A stretch of DNA of 64,000 nucleotides from positions 30,594 to 94,593 of IMG/VR virus record IMGVR_UViG_3300032237_000561. One strand, 5' to 3'. Numbering within the stretch: position 1 is the first letter of the stretch; every line of letters starts with the position of its first letter. Origin of the DNA: a virus (lineage: Duplodnaviria; Caudoviricetes). A program made the position numbers and the translations under genes. The notes beneath the pieces were generated by a model. That model searched no databases. It saw nothing but the letters and a program-made list of their open reading frames with translations, and was not told where the DNA came from. Shown in pieces: positions 36,986 to 47,192 of the stretch.

Positions 36986-38240
36986 CCATGAACGCAAGCT
37001 CCTGGTCAAGATGACCGACCTCCATGAGATCACCCGCATCTGGGATATGGGTGTCCGCCGTGAAGTCTTCGAGGACCCGATCAACGGTTTCGCCTTCCAG
37101 TTCATGATCGAATACTGGAAAGACGCGCAGATGCGTACCGCCCCGACCCTGTCGGTGATGGAGTCCGAGTTCCCGCAGCTACCCCTGCCGGTGATAGTCG
37201 AGGAGACCACCGACTGGCTGGTCGACTGGATGAAGCACCGGTACTCCAGCCGGACCGTCCAGACCATCGTCCGGGACGTGATGAAGCTGACCGCCTCTGA
37301 GCCGGTCGCGGCCCTGGAGAAGCTCTGGCACGATGCCTACGACGCTTCCCAGAACAATGTCCCCCGCTACAGCCGGGTCGATATGGCCCAGACCGTGGCC
37401 GACCGCCGGGAACGCTACAACCGTGAGGTCCGCGACAACCAGATGGCCGGGGTCTCTATCGGCCTGGCCGAGCTGGACGAGCACACCCGAGGAATCCTTC
37501 CCGGCGAGCTGTGTGCCGCCGCCGCCTACACCAAGACCGGCAAGAGCTGGCTCTTGGCCAACGCCTTTGTCGCCGCCCACCGTAGTGGCTTACGTCCGCT
37601 GTTCTTCACCCTGGAGATGGGGGTCCCGGAGATCGAGGACCGCATCGACGCGATCTACTCCGGGGTGAGCTACCAGAGGTACAGCCAGCGTGACCTCAAC
37701 CCCGCCGAGTCCGCCGCCCTGCGGGACTCGCAGGACGCGATGGCGGCATCCGGCCCGGCCTGGGTGGAACGGCCCCAGCGTGGCGAGCGGACGGTCAAAC
37801 ACATGGTCTCCCGTGCCCGACAGCTCGGGGCCGATTTCCTCATCATCGACCAGTTGAGTTTCATCGACGCGGAGCGCGACTACACCGGAGACTCCGCGCT
37901 ACGGATGAAGCAGGGCGACATCATCTTCGAGCTGAAGGACGAGATCGCCCGTGAGTCTGCCGGGAAGATACCGTGCCTGCTGGCCGTCCAGCTCAACCGG
38001 CAGGCTGCCGCCGGGGGCGGACGCGGCGAGCTGTACAACTTCGCCAATTCCTCGATGATCGAACAGACCGTCGATCTGGCTCTAGGGCTGTGGCGCAACA
38101 CCGAGATGCGAGCCAATAACGCAATGGGCCTGGACATTATGGGATCGCGACGCTGCGACACCCGGAGCTGGACCCTGGCCTGGCACCTGACCGACCGTAC
38201 CGAAATCCGAATCCGAGAGGAGTACATCGAAAATGACTGA
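36978..38240 (+). CDS. dnaB: DnaB-like replicative helicase
   Basis: AYTKTGKS, FFTLEM, IIDQL, QLNR and IEQTVD motifs. Confidence 0.92.
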   Translation: MSSHERKLLVKMTDLHEITRIWDMGVRREVFEDPINGFAFQFMIEYWKDAQMRTAPTLSVMESEFPQLPLPVIVEETTDWLVDWMKHRYSSRTVQTIVRDVMKLTASEPVAALEKLWHDAYDASQNNVPRYSRVDMAQTVADRRERYNREVRDNQMAGVSIGLAELDEHTRGILPGELCAAAAYTKTGKSWLLANAFVAAHRSGLRPLFFTLEMGVPEIEDRIDAIYSGVSYQRYSQRDLNPAESAALRDSQDAMAASGPAWVERPQRGERTVKHMVSRARQLGADFLIIDQLSFIDAERDYTGDSALRMKQGDIIFELKDEIARESAGKIPCLLAVQLNRQAAAGGGRGELYNFANSSMIEQTVDLALGLWRNTEMRANNAMGLDIMGSRRCDTRSWTLAWHLTDRTEIRIREEYIEND

Positions 38241-38382
38241 TGTCGGCATGGAAAACGACAGCATGGGGCATGTCCATGTCTGGGAAAGAAAGATGGGCGC
38301 GTGCGTGTGCGGTGCCAAGGTCCCGTCATGGCTGCAAGCCGCCTGGAACCGTCACGCTGAGAAGAAACCCGCCAGTTCATGA
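38233..38382 (+). CDS. 49-aa HxH/CxC peptide (not in the ORF track)
   Basis: MTDVGMENDSMGHVHVWERKMGACVCG...; overlaps the dnaB stop and the primase ATGA. Confidence 0.55.
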   Translation: MTDVGMENDSMGHVHVWERKMGACVCGAKVPSWLQAAWNRHAEKKPASS

Positions 38383-39425
38383 GGATGGCCTTGGACCGGC
38401 TCGCCGCCGACGCGCAGTACCACGAGTACCGCCGCCGTCTGGATGCTCGCGCGGTCCTCGACCATTACGGTGTGGAGAACGATCACGATGAGGTGACCAA
38501 CACCGGCGAGACCGAGGTGATCCATTCATGTCTCCTCGACCGCGTCGACCGTCACCACAACAACGGCGACCAAAACCCTTCTGCCGCTTGCAATCTCGAT
38601 AAGAAGCTCTATGTCTGCTACGCCTATTGGGGCGGTGATCTGTTCCATCTGATCCAAAAGATGGAGAACAAGGACAGCTTCGAGGAAATCCTTCCGCTGG
38701 TCACCCAGTTCCTGGCCGGTGCCACCCTAAGCCTCGACGACTGGGAGGCCGAGATCGCTGCCCTCCAGGCGATGATCAACGGCGGCGCGTATTCGGTTGA
38801 GCTGCCGACCTATTCTTCTCGGGTACTGACCCCGTGGGCCTTCGTCCACCCCTACCTCCATGAGCGGGGTATCGACTCCGAGACCGCGTCCCGGATGCAG
38901 ATCGGGTGGCGTGAGGACGACAACCGGATCATCATTCCGCACTTCTGGGACGGCAAGCTGGTCGGCTGGCAGGCCCGCGCGGTCCCTGACCGTCCCGGAC
39001 AGTGGCCGGGCACCGTCAACGATCAACCCAAGTACAAGTCGACCTCTGGCTTCCCCAAAAGTGACACGTTCTACCACGACCATTCCCGCCCGCTCCCCAC
39101 CAAGGGTGAGGTGATTCTGGTGGAGTCGCCATTCTCGGTAATTAAAGCCACCGCCCTCGGCGTGGACATCCCGGTGATTGCCAGTTTCGGGGCTAAAGTT
39201 TCCAAGACGCAGACCGACATGCTCTTCGACTTTGACCGGGTGATCTTGTGGGCCGATCCCGACCCCGCCGGTCAGGTAATGGAGCGGACTGTGATGGCTC
39301 GACTCAATGACCATCCCGGTCTGGTCATCGTCAGCCCTGATGAAGGCAAGGACCTGGCAGACTGCCAAACCCTTGACGAAGTCAAGGAAAAGATTGAGTC
39401 CGCCATCCCGGCGGTGCTGAAATGA
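38379..39425 (+). CDS. DNA primase (Zn-binding + TOPRIM)
   Basis: HSC...H...GDQNPSA...C; YLHERGI; LVESPFS; ADPDPAG; KDLAD. Confidence 0.88.
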   Translation: MRMALDRLAADAQYHEYRRRLDARAVLDHYGVENDHDEVTNTGETEVIHSCLLDRVDRHHNNGDQNPSAACNLDKKLYVCYAYWGGDLFHLIQKMENKDSFEEILPLVTQFLAGATLSLDDWEAEIAALQAMINGGAYSVELPTYSSRVLTPWAFVHPYLHERGIDSETASRMQIGWREDDNRIIIPHFWDGKLVGWQARAVPDRPGQWPGTVNDQPKYKSTSGFPKSDTFYHDHSRPLPTKGEVILVESPFSVIKATALGVDIPVIASFGAKVSKTQTDMLFDFDRVILWADPDPAGQVMERTVMARLNDHPGLVIVSPDEGKDLADCQTLDEVKEKIESAIPAVLK

Positions 39426-39437
39426 AAGGCGACCACG

Positions 39438-39677
39438 GTGGGCGATAAAATACCTTCGGTCCGCACCCTGCCCTCTGGCGAGAAAGTTCTACACAGCCCC
39501 GACGGCAGCCAGCGGCTGATCCCGGAAGGCAAGGCTGGCAAGTTCCTGTCGGCTCTCGCTGCCGACATTGAGCAGCAGGCCGCTGCCCTCGACACCGCGA
39601 TGATCGACGCGATTCAAGCCAAGCGCGAATCTCTCGATGCTGGAGACGCGGTCCCTCATGACAAGCGACCCATCTAG
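39438..39677 (+). CDS. Hypothetical protein
   Basis: GAAAGG RBS. Confidence 0.6.
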   Translation: MGDKIPSVRTLPSGEKVLHSPDGSQRLIPEGKAGKFLSALAADIEQQAAALDTAMIDAIQAKRESLDAGDAVPHDKRPI

Positions 39678-40383
39678 GGTCTTCGACTCTCGCTTCTCCG
39701 CTGCCCCAGGAGCGGGATTCCCCTCGTGCAACACCGAGCTGTGTCGGATGCCGCGCAATTCCGCCGACCCTCATGGCTACTACGCCGAGATCGGGGTGCT
39801 GCCGTGGGCGACCGAAGATGAGATACGCACCGCCGTGCGCCACTTGTACCGTCGGCTACACCCTGATACTGGGGCACGTCCCGACCCTGAACGACTTCAG
39901 CGGGTCAAGTTGATCGCCGAGGTTCTACTGGACCCCGATGCCCGCCATCGCTACAACCAGACCCCGCCGGGGAAGAGGATGCTCGACGCGGTTTACCGTT
40001 CGGAGCTGAGCGCGCTGGACTTCTCCGGGATGGACCCCGAGGAGATTGAGGAAATGCTCTCCCCCGAGCCGGAACAAACAAATACCGGTCGTTGGTTCGA
40101 CTACCTGGCAGTCGACCGCCAGGGCGGCGAGATGCACCTGGCCCAGAGGTGGTACGCCGCACTGATTCATGTCGCTCCGGTCGTCGGCTATCGCCGACGG
40201 ATCAAGGTCCTCATCCATGACGGTCCGGCTTTCTACCATCCCGAGACCGCCGTGATGGCGATCCCCCGCCACTGGACCCCTTCCGCCGCTATGGCATTCG
40301 GGTTATTCACCGCCGTCGCTGGTCTAATTCCCGGCAGCCGACACGCCCGCATGGGAACACCTTCTGTCAGTACCGTGGTGTAG
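39658..40383 (+). CDS. J-domain (DnaJ-like) protein
   Basis: YYAEIGV...ATEDEIR...LHPD...VLLDPDARHRYN. Confidence 0.85.
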   Translation: MTSDPSRVFDSRFSAAPGAGFPSCNTELCRMPRNSADPHGYYAEIGVLPWATEDEIRTAVRHLYRRLHPDTGARPDPERLQRVKLIAEVLLDPDARHRYNQTPPGKRMLDAVYRSELSALDFSGMDPEEIEEMLSPEPEQTNTGRWFDYLAVDRQGGEMHLAQRWYAALIHVAPVVGYRRRIKVLIHDGPAFYHPETAVMAIPRHWTPSAAMAFGLFTAVAGLIPGSRHARMGTPSVSTVV

Positions 40384-40462
40384 TCTCCTCAACAGTCGTC
40401 CAAAGGCGACGGCCAATAAATTCGGGCCAGAAATCTGGCCCCAAGACAGAATTGAGATCAGC

Positions 40463-41389
40463 ATGCGCGTTGGTTTGAGTGCCCTGGATACCCCGGCCAA
40501 GTCTGGCAGCAGTGGCGGTGGCGGGATGGGACGTTACCTCTCCTACTTCATCCTCGGCGATGGCGAGACCAAGATCGTCCGATTCCTCACCGATGCCACC
40601 GATCTGGTGGCCGTGAAGTTCCATGAGTTCATTCAGGACAAAAACGGAAAGTTCCAGAACTTCGTCTATGCCCCCGACTTCCACGGCGGCGGCGAGGACT
40701 GGGTGGAAAAGTACGGCGGCAGGACCACCGACTACACCACCAAGGAACTGGTGGCTTCCAAGCCCCGTGAGCGTATCGTCGGTATCTGCGTCGAGCGTGA
40801 GGAAATCCAGGTCGAGGAGAAGGGCCGGAAGGTCATCAAGACCCAGGACAAGCTCACGCAGTTCGAGGGCAAGGATGGCAAGACCTACAACGCCCGCAAC
40901 TTCATGATCGTCAAGCAGTACAACGCTTTCTGGCGGCAGCTCGGCGGCTACCATAATGAGTTCGGGACCATCTGCGACCGCGATTACAAGATCGGTCGTA
41001 CCGGGACCGGTCGCGACATCGTCTATTCGATCATCCCCAAGAACCCGGACCCGGAATGGGACAACGACGGCTCCTCGCTGATGCTGATGCAGGAACAGTA
41101 CGGGTACGGGACCGGTAAGGACATGGATGGCAATGCCCTGACGATGGAGTCCGAGGACCGGTTCCTGTACTGCCGCGAGACCCTCACCGAGTGGCTGGCC
41201 AACCAGGCATCCGAGGACCGGGTCCGTGAGGCCCTGGTCGGCGGGGAGGACTTCCCGGCGGTCAACAGCCCGTCACCGGCACCCTCCTGGTCCTCTGACG
41301 GCCCTGACGAGCCGCAGGCAGCCCCTGCCCCGGCTGCGGCCAACACCGATGTGTCTTCGCTGCGTGCCCGCCTGGAGCGGCACCGCTAA
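40463..41389 (+). CDS. Single-stranded DNA-binding protein (gp32-like)
   Basis: KIVRFL and DRDYKIGRTGTG motifs; acidic/Pro tail; sits next to the polymerase. Confidence 0.7.
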   Translation: MRVGLSALDTPAKSGSSGGGGMGRYLSYFILGDGETKIVRFLTDATDLVAVKFHEFIQDKNGKFQNFVYAPDFHGGGEDWVEKYGGRTTDYTTKELVASKPRERIVGICVEREEIQVEEKGRKVIKTQDKLTQFEGKDGKTYNARNFMIVKQYNAFWRQLGGYHNEFGTICDRDYKIGRTGTGRDIVYSIIPKNPDPEWDNDGSSLMLMQEQYGYGTGKDMDGNALTMESEDRFLYCRETLTEWLANQASEDRVREALVGGEDFPAVNSPSPAPSWSSDGPDEPQAAPAPAAANTDVSSLRARLERHR

Positions 41390-41399
41390 GACGCGATAG

Positions 41400-41600
41400 A
41401 CCCCCCACTCCGGTAGGCCCACAAGGCCGACCCCATCGGAGACCCGGCACAGTCCGGTACGGGGCCGACCTCACCCGATATGGGGATAGCGGGTGGGGTG
41501 CGGAAGGTACTGGGAGTCCCAGACAAGTCTGGCCATCAAAGCTCCCAGTGCCTTCCCCACCCGGCACTTCCCCCACCCACCACTGACAGCAGGGAGACCA
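41400..41600 (+). promoter_or_regulatory. Structured 5' leader / intergenic RNA in front of dnaE
   Basis: 16-bp stem 41502-41517/41541-41556 plus flanking helices. Confidence 0.55.
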
Positions 41601-44600
41601 GTGACTCTGCATAATCACAGCGAGCACAGCTTCCTCGATGGTCGTTCCCGGACCCTGGAGATGGCGCAGGCCGCTCTGGCCAACGGCGACGAGGCCCTGG
41701 CGATCTGTGACCATGACGAGGTCGGTGGTCACCTGGAGTTCCAGAAGTCCTGCCGTCAGGTCGGCATCAAGCCGATCTTCGCTACCGAGGCCCGGTGGTT
41801 GCACTCCATCGCCGCCAGCCGAGAGGCGAAAACCTCCGGTCGCGACTCCTCCCACATCATCCTGCTGGCCGGGGACCAGACGGGATTACGCAACCTGTGG
41901 TCGTTGTCGAGCCTGGCCTACGAACCAGAGAACTTCTACGGTAAACCCCAGCTGGAACCAAACCTGTTGCGGCAGTACGCATCCGGGCTGTGGGCTTCCG
42001 ACGGTTGCGGACTGACCCGGTTCACCGACCACGTCGAGGCTGGTGATGAGGACGCGGCCCGCCGTGAGTGGGGTGTCCTTCTGGACATCTTCGGCGACAG
42101 GTTCTACAGCGAGCTGCACACCTTCCAGATCATCGACCCGGTCACCGAGGAAGACAAGAAGCTCAACGCCCGGATCACCGCCATGAACCAGGCTAAGGTC
42201 CGGTTCGCTCATGAGATGGGTGTGCCGTTAGTCGTCGTTAATGATGCCCACTACGCGCTCAAACACCAGTGGGAAGAGCACCGCCTGGTCTACAACCTGA
42301 GCACCCAGGCGTACCGCAAGGACCAGGTCGAGGCCAAGGGCCAGGCAGCCGACTGGCTGATGAATCCCGAGGAGATGGTCTATTACCTTGGTCGGCACGG
42401 TATTCCGGTCTCTGTGGCCCAGGAGGCCATCAAGAACACCCGCCGGATCGCCGACCAGTGCAATGTGGAGATCAAGCCCACCCTGGCGATGCCCCGACTG
42501 CATCCCTCCGATGCCGACGACGTGAACGCCTTCCTCGACAGCATCGCCGAGGGGTTCAAGAAGTTCGTTGTTGACAAGGGCCTGCCCGAGGATGCGTACT
42601 TCGAGCGGCTGGAGTATGAGGCGAAGGTCATCACCGACGCGGGCATGGCCGGTTACTTCAACATCGTCGGCGACTACGTGATGGCCGCACGATCCGGGAC
42701 ATACCTCCCGTGGATCAAGCCCAATGCCGACCCTGACCCCTGCCTGTGCGGACCCGGTCGTGGTTCCGGTGGCGGCTCATTGGTCAACTACGTCCTCGGG
42801 ATCACCTCCCTGGACCCGATCAAATACGACTTGATGTTTGAGCGTTTCCTCAACCCGGATCGACCCGACTATCCCGATATCGACGTGGATTTCCAGAAGT
42901 CCAAACGTGGCGACATCAAGGACTATCTGGGTGCCCGGTACGGCTCTGAGAACGTGTGCTCCATCGGCACCCGCAGCCGGTCCGGGCCAAAGCAGATGCT
43001 CAAAGACCTCTGTCGGGCGATGGGAATCGAGTTCGCCGACACCCTCAAGATGGTTGACCTCATCGATCAGGTCGACAACATCATCCCCGACGAGGACGAG
43101 CTGGACGAGGACCAGCAGTCTCCTGCCTGGGATGAGGTGCTGTCCACTCTCGGCGGTGACCTCGCACCGTGGGCACGCAAGTACCCCTTGATGTTTCAGC
43201 GTTTAGAGCAGATGGTTGGCCTGGTTCGTCAGGCCGGGGTGCACGCCGCCGGTGTCGTCGTCAACACCGAGCCTCTGCTGGGCAACATTCCTACCCGTGT
43301 CAAGAAGGGTGTCCGGGCCACCCAGTTCGACATGAACGAGATCGCCGAGATGGGCGGTGTCAAGGATGACCTCTTGGCTAACAAGGGACTCGACGTGTTG
43401 GCCATCGCCCGTAAGCTGATCTTTGAGCGTCACCGGGTCTGGCTTGACTATGACGGTTTCGGATTCGGGGTGCCTGCCGGTGCCGTCCAGGTGATCAGCT
43501 TTGGCGACGAACAGTACAACGACCCCGTCATCTGGGACCAGATCGACCGTGGACAGACCGCAGGCATCTTCCAGATCGGCACACCCGGAGGCACCAAGCA
43601 GGCCATGCGGTTCAAGCCACGCACTTTGGTCGAGCTGGCCGACCTCGCGTCTATCAACCGGCCCGGCGTGATCCGCGCCGGACAGCTGGAGCACTACCTG
43701 AAACGTCGCAATGGCGACGAAGACATTACCTACGACCACCCGATGATGGTGGAGATCACCGGCCCGTCCGCGTCAACCTTCACCTACGGAATCCTGGTCT
43801 ACCAGGAGCAGCTGATCCGCACCGCCCGCATCCTCGCCGGTTTCACTGCCGGGGAATCCGAGGAGCTGCGGAAGGCCATCGGCAAGAAGCTGGCCGACAA
43901 GATCGCCGAGATCAAGCCGAAGTTTATCGAGGGCTGCCTGGCCAATCCCGACTTCACCGGCCAGGGCGGTACCCGCAACACCGCCCTGAAAATCTGGGGG
44001 AGCCTGGAAGCCGCCGGGGCATACGCATTCAACAAAGCCCACGCCACCGGGTACGCCATGCAGCCCTGTTGGGAGATATGGACGAAGCACTACTACTTCG
44101 ATGAGTTCATCATCGGCTGCCTTACCGTAATGCCCGAGAAGACAACATCTTTCATCCGCGAGTGCCGCAAGCGGGGCCGACCGATCCTGCCGCCGGATAT
44201 CAACAAGAGCGGGACCTACTTCACCCTCACCGATGAGGGCATCCGTTACGGCCTCACTGACATCAGGGGGATCGGCAAGGCGGCAATGCCGGACATCATC
44301 CACAACCGGCCCTACGCCTCGTTAGAGGACTACCTGGAACGGACTACGGTGGGCCGCAAGAAGGGCATCATCGACTCCCTGGTCAAGATCGGGGCCTTCG
44401 ACAGCCTGTCCGACGATCCGCGTCAAGGACTCCTTGACAAGGTCTACTACCACCGCGCTGCCGGTGAGGTGTCTCCCAACAAATGGGTAAAGCTCTCCGA
44501 GGACGAGCGCAACGTGATTGTCGCCGAGAAGTGGGAGAACAAGCCCGAGGAATACCCAACTTTCCCCTTCACCGAGGAGAAGTTCCTCTACGAGATGGAG

Positions 44601-44957
44601 ACCGAGCTTCTGGGCACCCATGTGACCGTGGACCCGATGTCCCGCTACATCCCGATGATCGAGGGCGAATGCATCCGGCACCCCTCCGATATCGACGACT
44701 ACGACACCGGGGCACGATTTGTCATTGGCGGCGAGCTGGTCAAGGTCAAAAAGCACAAGCAGAAGAACGGCAAGGAGATGGCTTTCATGACGGTCCGGTG
44801 GGCCGAGGAGGACTTCGAGATCGTCTCCTTTGCCGATGGCTGGGAGGCCAATAAGCGCATGCTGCAGGACACCGGCGTACCGGTCGCCTGTGAGGTCATC
44901 AAGCTCAGTGGTCGGGGATGTCAGTTGAGCACGGTAGAACGTCTGGATTGGGTATAA
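41601..44957 (+). CDS. dnaE: DNA polymerase III alpha subunit
   Basis: PHP motif LHNHSEHSFLDG; GRGSGGGSLV; PDIDVDF; YQEQL; YAFNKAHA. GTG start at 41601 after GGGAG. Confidence 0.97.
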   Translation: MTLHNHSEHSFLDGRSRTLEMAQAALANGDEALAICDHDEVGGHLEFQKSCRQVGIKPIFATEARWLHSIAASREAKTSGRDSSHIILLAGDQTGLRNLWSLSSLAYEPENFYGKPQLEPNLLRQYASGLWASDGCGLTRFTDHVEAGDEDAARREWGVLLDIFGDRFYSELHTFQIIDPVTEEDKKLNARITAMNQAKVRFAHEMGVPLVVVNDAHYALKHQWEEHRLVYNLSTQAYRKDQVEAKGQAADWLMNPEEMVYYLGRHGIPVSVAQEAIKNTRRIADQCNVEIKPTLAMPRLHPSDADDVNAFLDSIAEGFKKFVVDKGLPEDAYFERLEYEAKVITDAGMAGYFNIVGDYVMAARSGTYLPWIKPNADPDPCLCGPGRGSGGGSLVNYVLGITSLDPIKYDLMFERFLNPDRPDYPDIDVDFQKSKRGDIKDYLGARYGSENVCSIGTRSRSGPKQMLKDLCRAMGIEFADTLKMVDLIDQVDNIIPDEDELDEDQQSPAWDEVLSTLGGDLAPWARKYPLMFQRLEQMVGLVRQAGVHAAGVVVNTEPLLGNIPTRVKKGVRATQFDMNEIAEMGGVKDDLLANKGLDVLAIARKLIFERHRVWLDYDGFGFGVPAGAVQVISFGDEQYNDPVIWDQIDRGQTAGIFQIGTPGGTKQAMRFKPRTLVELADLASINRPGVIRAGQLEHYLKRRNGDEDITYDHPMMVEITGPSASTFTYGILVYQEQLIRTARILAGFTAGESEELRKAIGKKLADKIAEIKPKFIEGCLANPDFTGQGGTRNTALKIWGSLEAAGAYAFNKAHATGYAMQPCWEIWTKHYYFDEFIIGCLTVMPEKTTSFIRECRKRGRPILPPDINKSGTYFTLTDEGIRYGLTDIRGIGKAAMPDIIHNRPYASLEDYLERTTVGRKKGIIDSLVKIGAFDSLSDDPRQGLLDKVYYHRAAGEVSPNKWVKLSEDERNVIVAEKWENKPEEYPTFPFTEEKFLYEMETELLGTHVTVDPMSRYIPMIEGECIRHPSDIDDYDTGARFVIGGELVKVKKHKQKNGKEMAFMTVRWAEEDFEIVSFADGWEANKRMLQDTGVPVACEVIKLSGRGCQLSTVERLDWV

Positions 44958-44972
44958 GAGAGAAGGAAGAAA

Positions 44973-46073
44973 ATGGCAAATGTGTTGTTAGACAAGCTGA
45001 TCGCCGATGTGCAAGGCAAGTATGGTGCTGACGCGATCATGTTCGCTAGCGATGTACCTGTGCGTGATCCGATCACCTCTGGATCGCTCGCGCTGGACTT
45101 CGCGACTGGCATAGGCGGTCTTCCGTCTGATCGCGTCATCGAGGTCGCAGGCGATGAGGGTTCAGGTAAGACCACCCTCGGACTGCTGACCATGATGCAC
45201 TACCTTGATGAGCACCCCGACAGGGCCGCACTGATCCTTGACACCGAGCACAAGCTCACGATGGACTGGGTCACGTATCTCATTGGCGCAGAACGGATGT
45301 CGCGCGTCATCTACGCCCAGCCTGATTACATGGAACAGGCGACCAACATCTATGTCGATCTGGTCGGGTCGGGACTGATCGGATTCTGCTTGTTCGACTC
45401 CATTGGTGGCAGCCCCACCAAGGCCGCAGCCGAGAAGGAAGCCGAGAAGGTTCAGGTCGGCGGTAACGCCGGTGCCGTAACCAAATTCGCCCGGCTGGCA
45501 TCGACCTACTCGGCGAAGTACCACTGCCTGACGTTCTGCGTCAATCAGATACGGGCTGACATGGACGGATTCCGCCGTCACATGACACCGGGCGGTCATG
45601 GATTCAAGCATGCCTGCGTGATGCGTATCAAGCTGCGCCGTTCCACCCAGGACAAGGTCGAGGCTGTCGTCAACGGGGAAAAGATGGTTGTCGGCTTCAA
45701 GGTCTTCGCCAGCGTCATCAAAAACCAGCTGGCCGCACCGGGACGGACCGCCTGGTGGTGGTTCTACAATGTCGAGACCGAGCAATACGGTTTCGGCATC
45801 GACACGATGGACGAGATCACCCGACTGGCCATCGCGACGAACGTGATCACCCAGGCCGGTTCCTGGTACTCCCACGCCGCGCTGCCGGAGTACAAGAGCA
45901 CCGGCGAACATAAGGTCCAGGGGATCAAGGGCCTCGCCGACATTCTTTCGGTCGACATCGCCGCCCGTCAGTCAATCATCAGCGAGACGATGGCTGTCCT
46001 CAAGACCGACGGAACGCTGGCGGCGGACATCGCCCCGATGGACCCTGATGCTGTCGAGGAAGACCTGGCGTGA
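44973..46073 (+). CDS. recA: RecA-like recombinase
   Basis: SGSLALDFATGIGGLP, GDEGSGKTT, DTEH, NQIR and TPGG motifs. Confidence 0.95.
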   Translation: MANVLLDKLIADVQGKYGADAIMFASDVPVRDPITSGSLALDFATGIGGLPSDRVIEVAGDEGSGKTTLGLLTMMHYLDEHPDRAALILDTEHKLTMDWVTYLIGAERMSRVIYAQPDYMEQATNIYVDLVGSGLIGFCLFDSIGGSPTKAAAEKEAEKVQVGGNAGAVTKFARLASTYSAKYHCLTFCVNQIRADMDGFRRHMTPGGHGFKHACVMRIKLRRSTQDKVEAVVNGEKMVVGFKVFASVIKNQLAAPGRTAWWWFYNVETEQYGFGIDTMDEITRLAIATNVITQAGSWYSHAALPEYKSTGEHKVQGIKGLADILSVDIAARQSIISETMAVLKTDGTLAADIAPMDPDAVEEDLA

Positions 46074-46435
46074 GACATGATCTGGGCTGGGCAGCCTGGG
46101 AGTCCTATATCAACCGGCTGCTCGGCCTGGACTCAACCCTGGCCTCTGGAAGTCAGGCCCATGATGTGGGCGACGGGGTTGACCGCCGACACCACTCCGA
46201 GACCGACTATGCCCTGATGGTCGACTGTAAGTACACCGAGCAGAAGTCATTCTCGGTCAACGCCAAGCTGATGGCTCAGTATGTCCGCCGGGCGGCAGAG
46301 AATGGAAAATCTTTCCTTCTCCCGGTGCGCCTCTCCGACACTTCCACCAAACAAGTCCATGATTATGTTGTGGTTCCGCTACAGGACTACGTGATGCTGT
46401 TGGAGAGCTACCGGGAGGTAGAGCGTGGCCAGTAG
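46070..46435 (+). CDS. Hjc-like Holliday junction resolvase / PD-(D/E)xK nuclease
   Basis: G..WE, ASGS...GD, VDCK. Confidence 0.65.
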   Translation: MRHDLGWAAWESYINRLLGLDSTLASGSQAHDVGDGVDRRHHSETDYALMVDCKYTEQKSFSVNAKLMAQYVRRAAENGKSFLLPVRLSDTSTKQVHDYVVVPLQDYVMLLESYREVERGQ

Positions 46436-47192
46436 TCCTTATGGTTCAGTCCTGTCGTCGCTGATGGATAAGGAGTTACTCCTTCCGTATTTCCGCAACG
46501 CTCTGCTCAGCAAGCAGTGGCCGGATAACTATCAGGTTGTCATCGACTCCAGCCCGTATTACGGTCATGGTGACGGGATGTTCCATCCGAGCACTCACGC
46601 GCTTATGGGAGCACGCGAGTTGTACTACCGGTTCCACCCCGACCACCAGGAGCACCTCATCCACGAGGTCCGCAACGTCCAGTCGGAGATGACCCTGGCG
46701 ATGGGGAGCGCGCTGCACGGTATCGTCCAGGCCCAGTTCCAGATGGCCGGACTGATCAAAGACGAGTCCGATGTCGAGGTCGAGTACATCATTGAGGAAC
46801 ACAAGGCACGGGGCCGGGTTGACTTCCTGGTCCACCACCCCGACAACAACGTCTATCCAGTCGAGCTGAAGACCCAGAACTCCCGCAGCTTCGAGCTGCA
46901 GAACGAGATCAAGAAGACCTGGGACGCACAGCTCTCAATGGGCTTGCACGGGACCGGCTATGCCACCGGCGTGCTCCTGGTGTTGGAAAGTGGATACCCC
47001 TACCGCATGAAGGAATTCCGGGTCAACCGCAATGATGCTCTGCTCAGCGAAATCTTCACCAAGTTTGATTACGTCCGGGAGTGCATCGCCAACAACACTC
47101 CACCCGAGCATTGCTGCCCACTGGACTCGACACAGATGAAGGCCTGCCCGGCACGGTTCGAGTGTTGGTTGAAGGGAAAGGGCGCGAAGTGA
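46425..47192 (+). CDS. Cas4/RecB-like exonuclease
   Basis: HPS, GSALH, GRVD, VELKT, QL; C-terminal Cys cluster. Confidence 0.8.
   Translation: MASSPYGSVLSSLMDKELLLPYFRNALLSKQWPDNYQVVIDSSPYYGHGDGMFHPSTHALMGARELYYRFHPDHQEHLIHEVRNVQSEMTLAMGSALHGIVQAQFQMAGLIKDESDVEVEYIIEEHKARGRVDFLVHHPDNNVYPVELKTQNSRSFELQNEIKKTWDAQLSMGLHGTGYATGVLLVLESGYPYRMKEFRVNRNDALLSEIFTKFDYVRECIANNTPPEHCCPLDSTQMKACPARFECWLKGKGAK

Noticed and set aside
41493-41600. N-terminal extension of DnaE predicted by the ORF track
   Set aside because: The PHP motif begins right after GTG 41601, which has an RBS; the extension overlaps the long hairpin
41601-46073. Inteins in DnaE or RecA (DnaB also checked)
   Set aside because: Lengths are normal and no intein terminal or LAGLIDADG motifs are evident
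46425-47192. CRISPR-Cas locus
   Set aside because: Solo Cas4-like nuclease in a recombination operon; no repeat-spacer array or other cas genes
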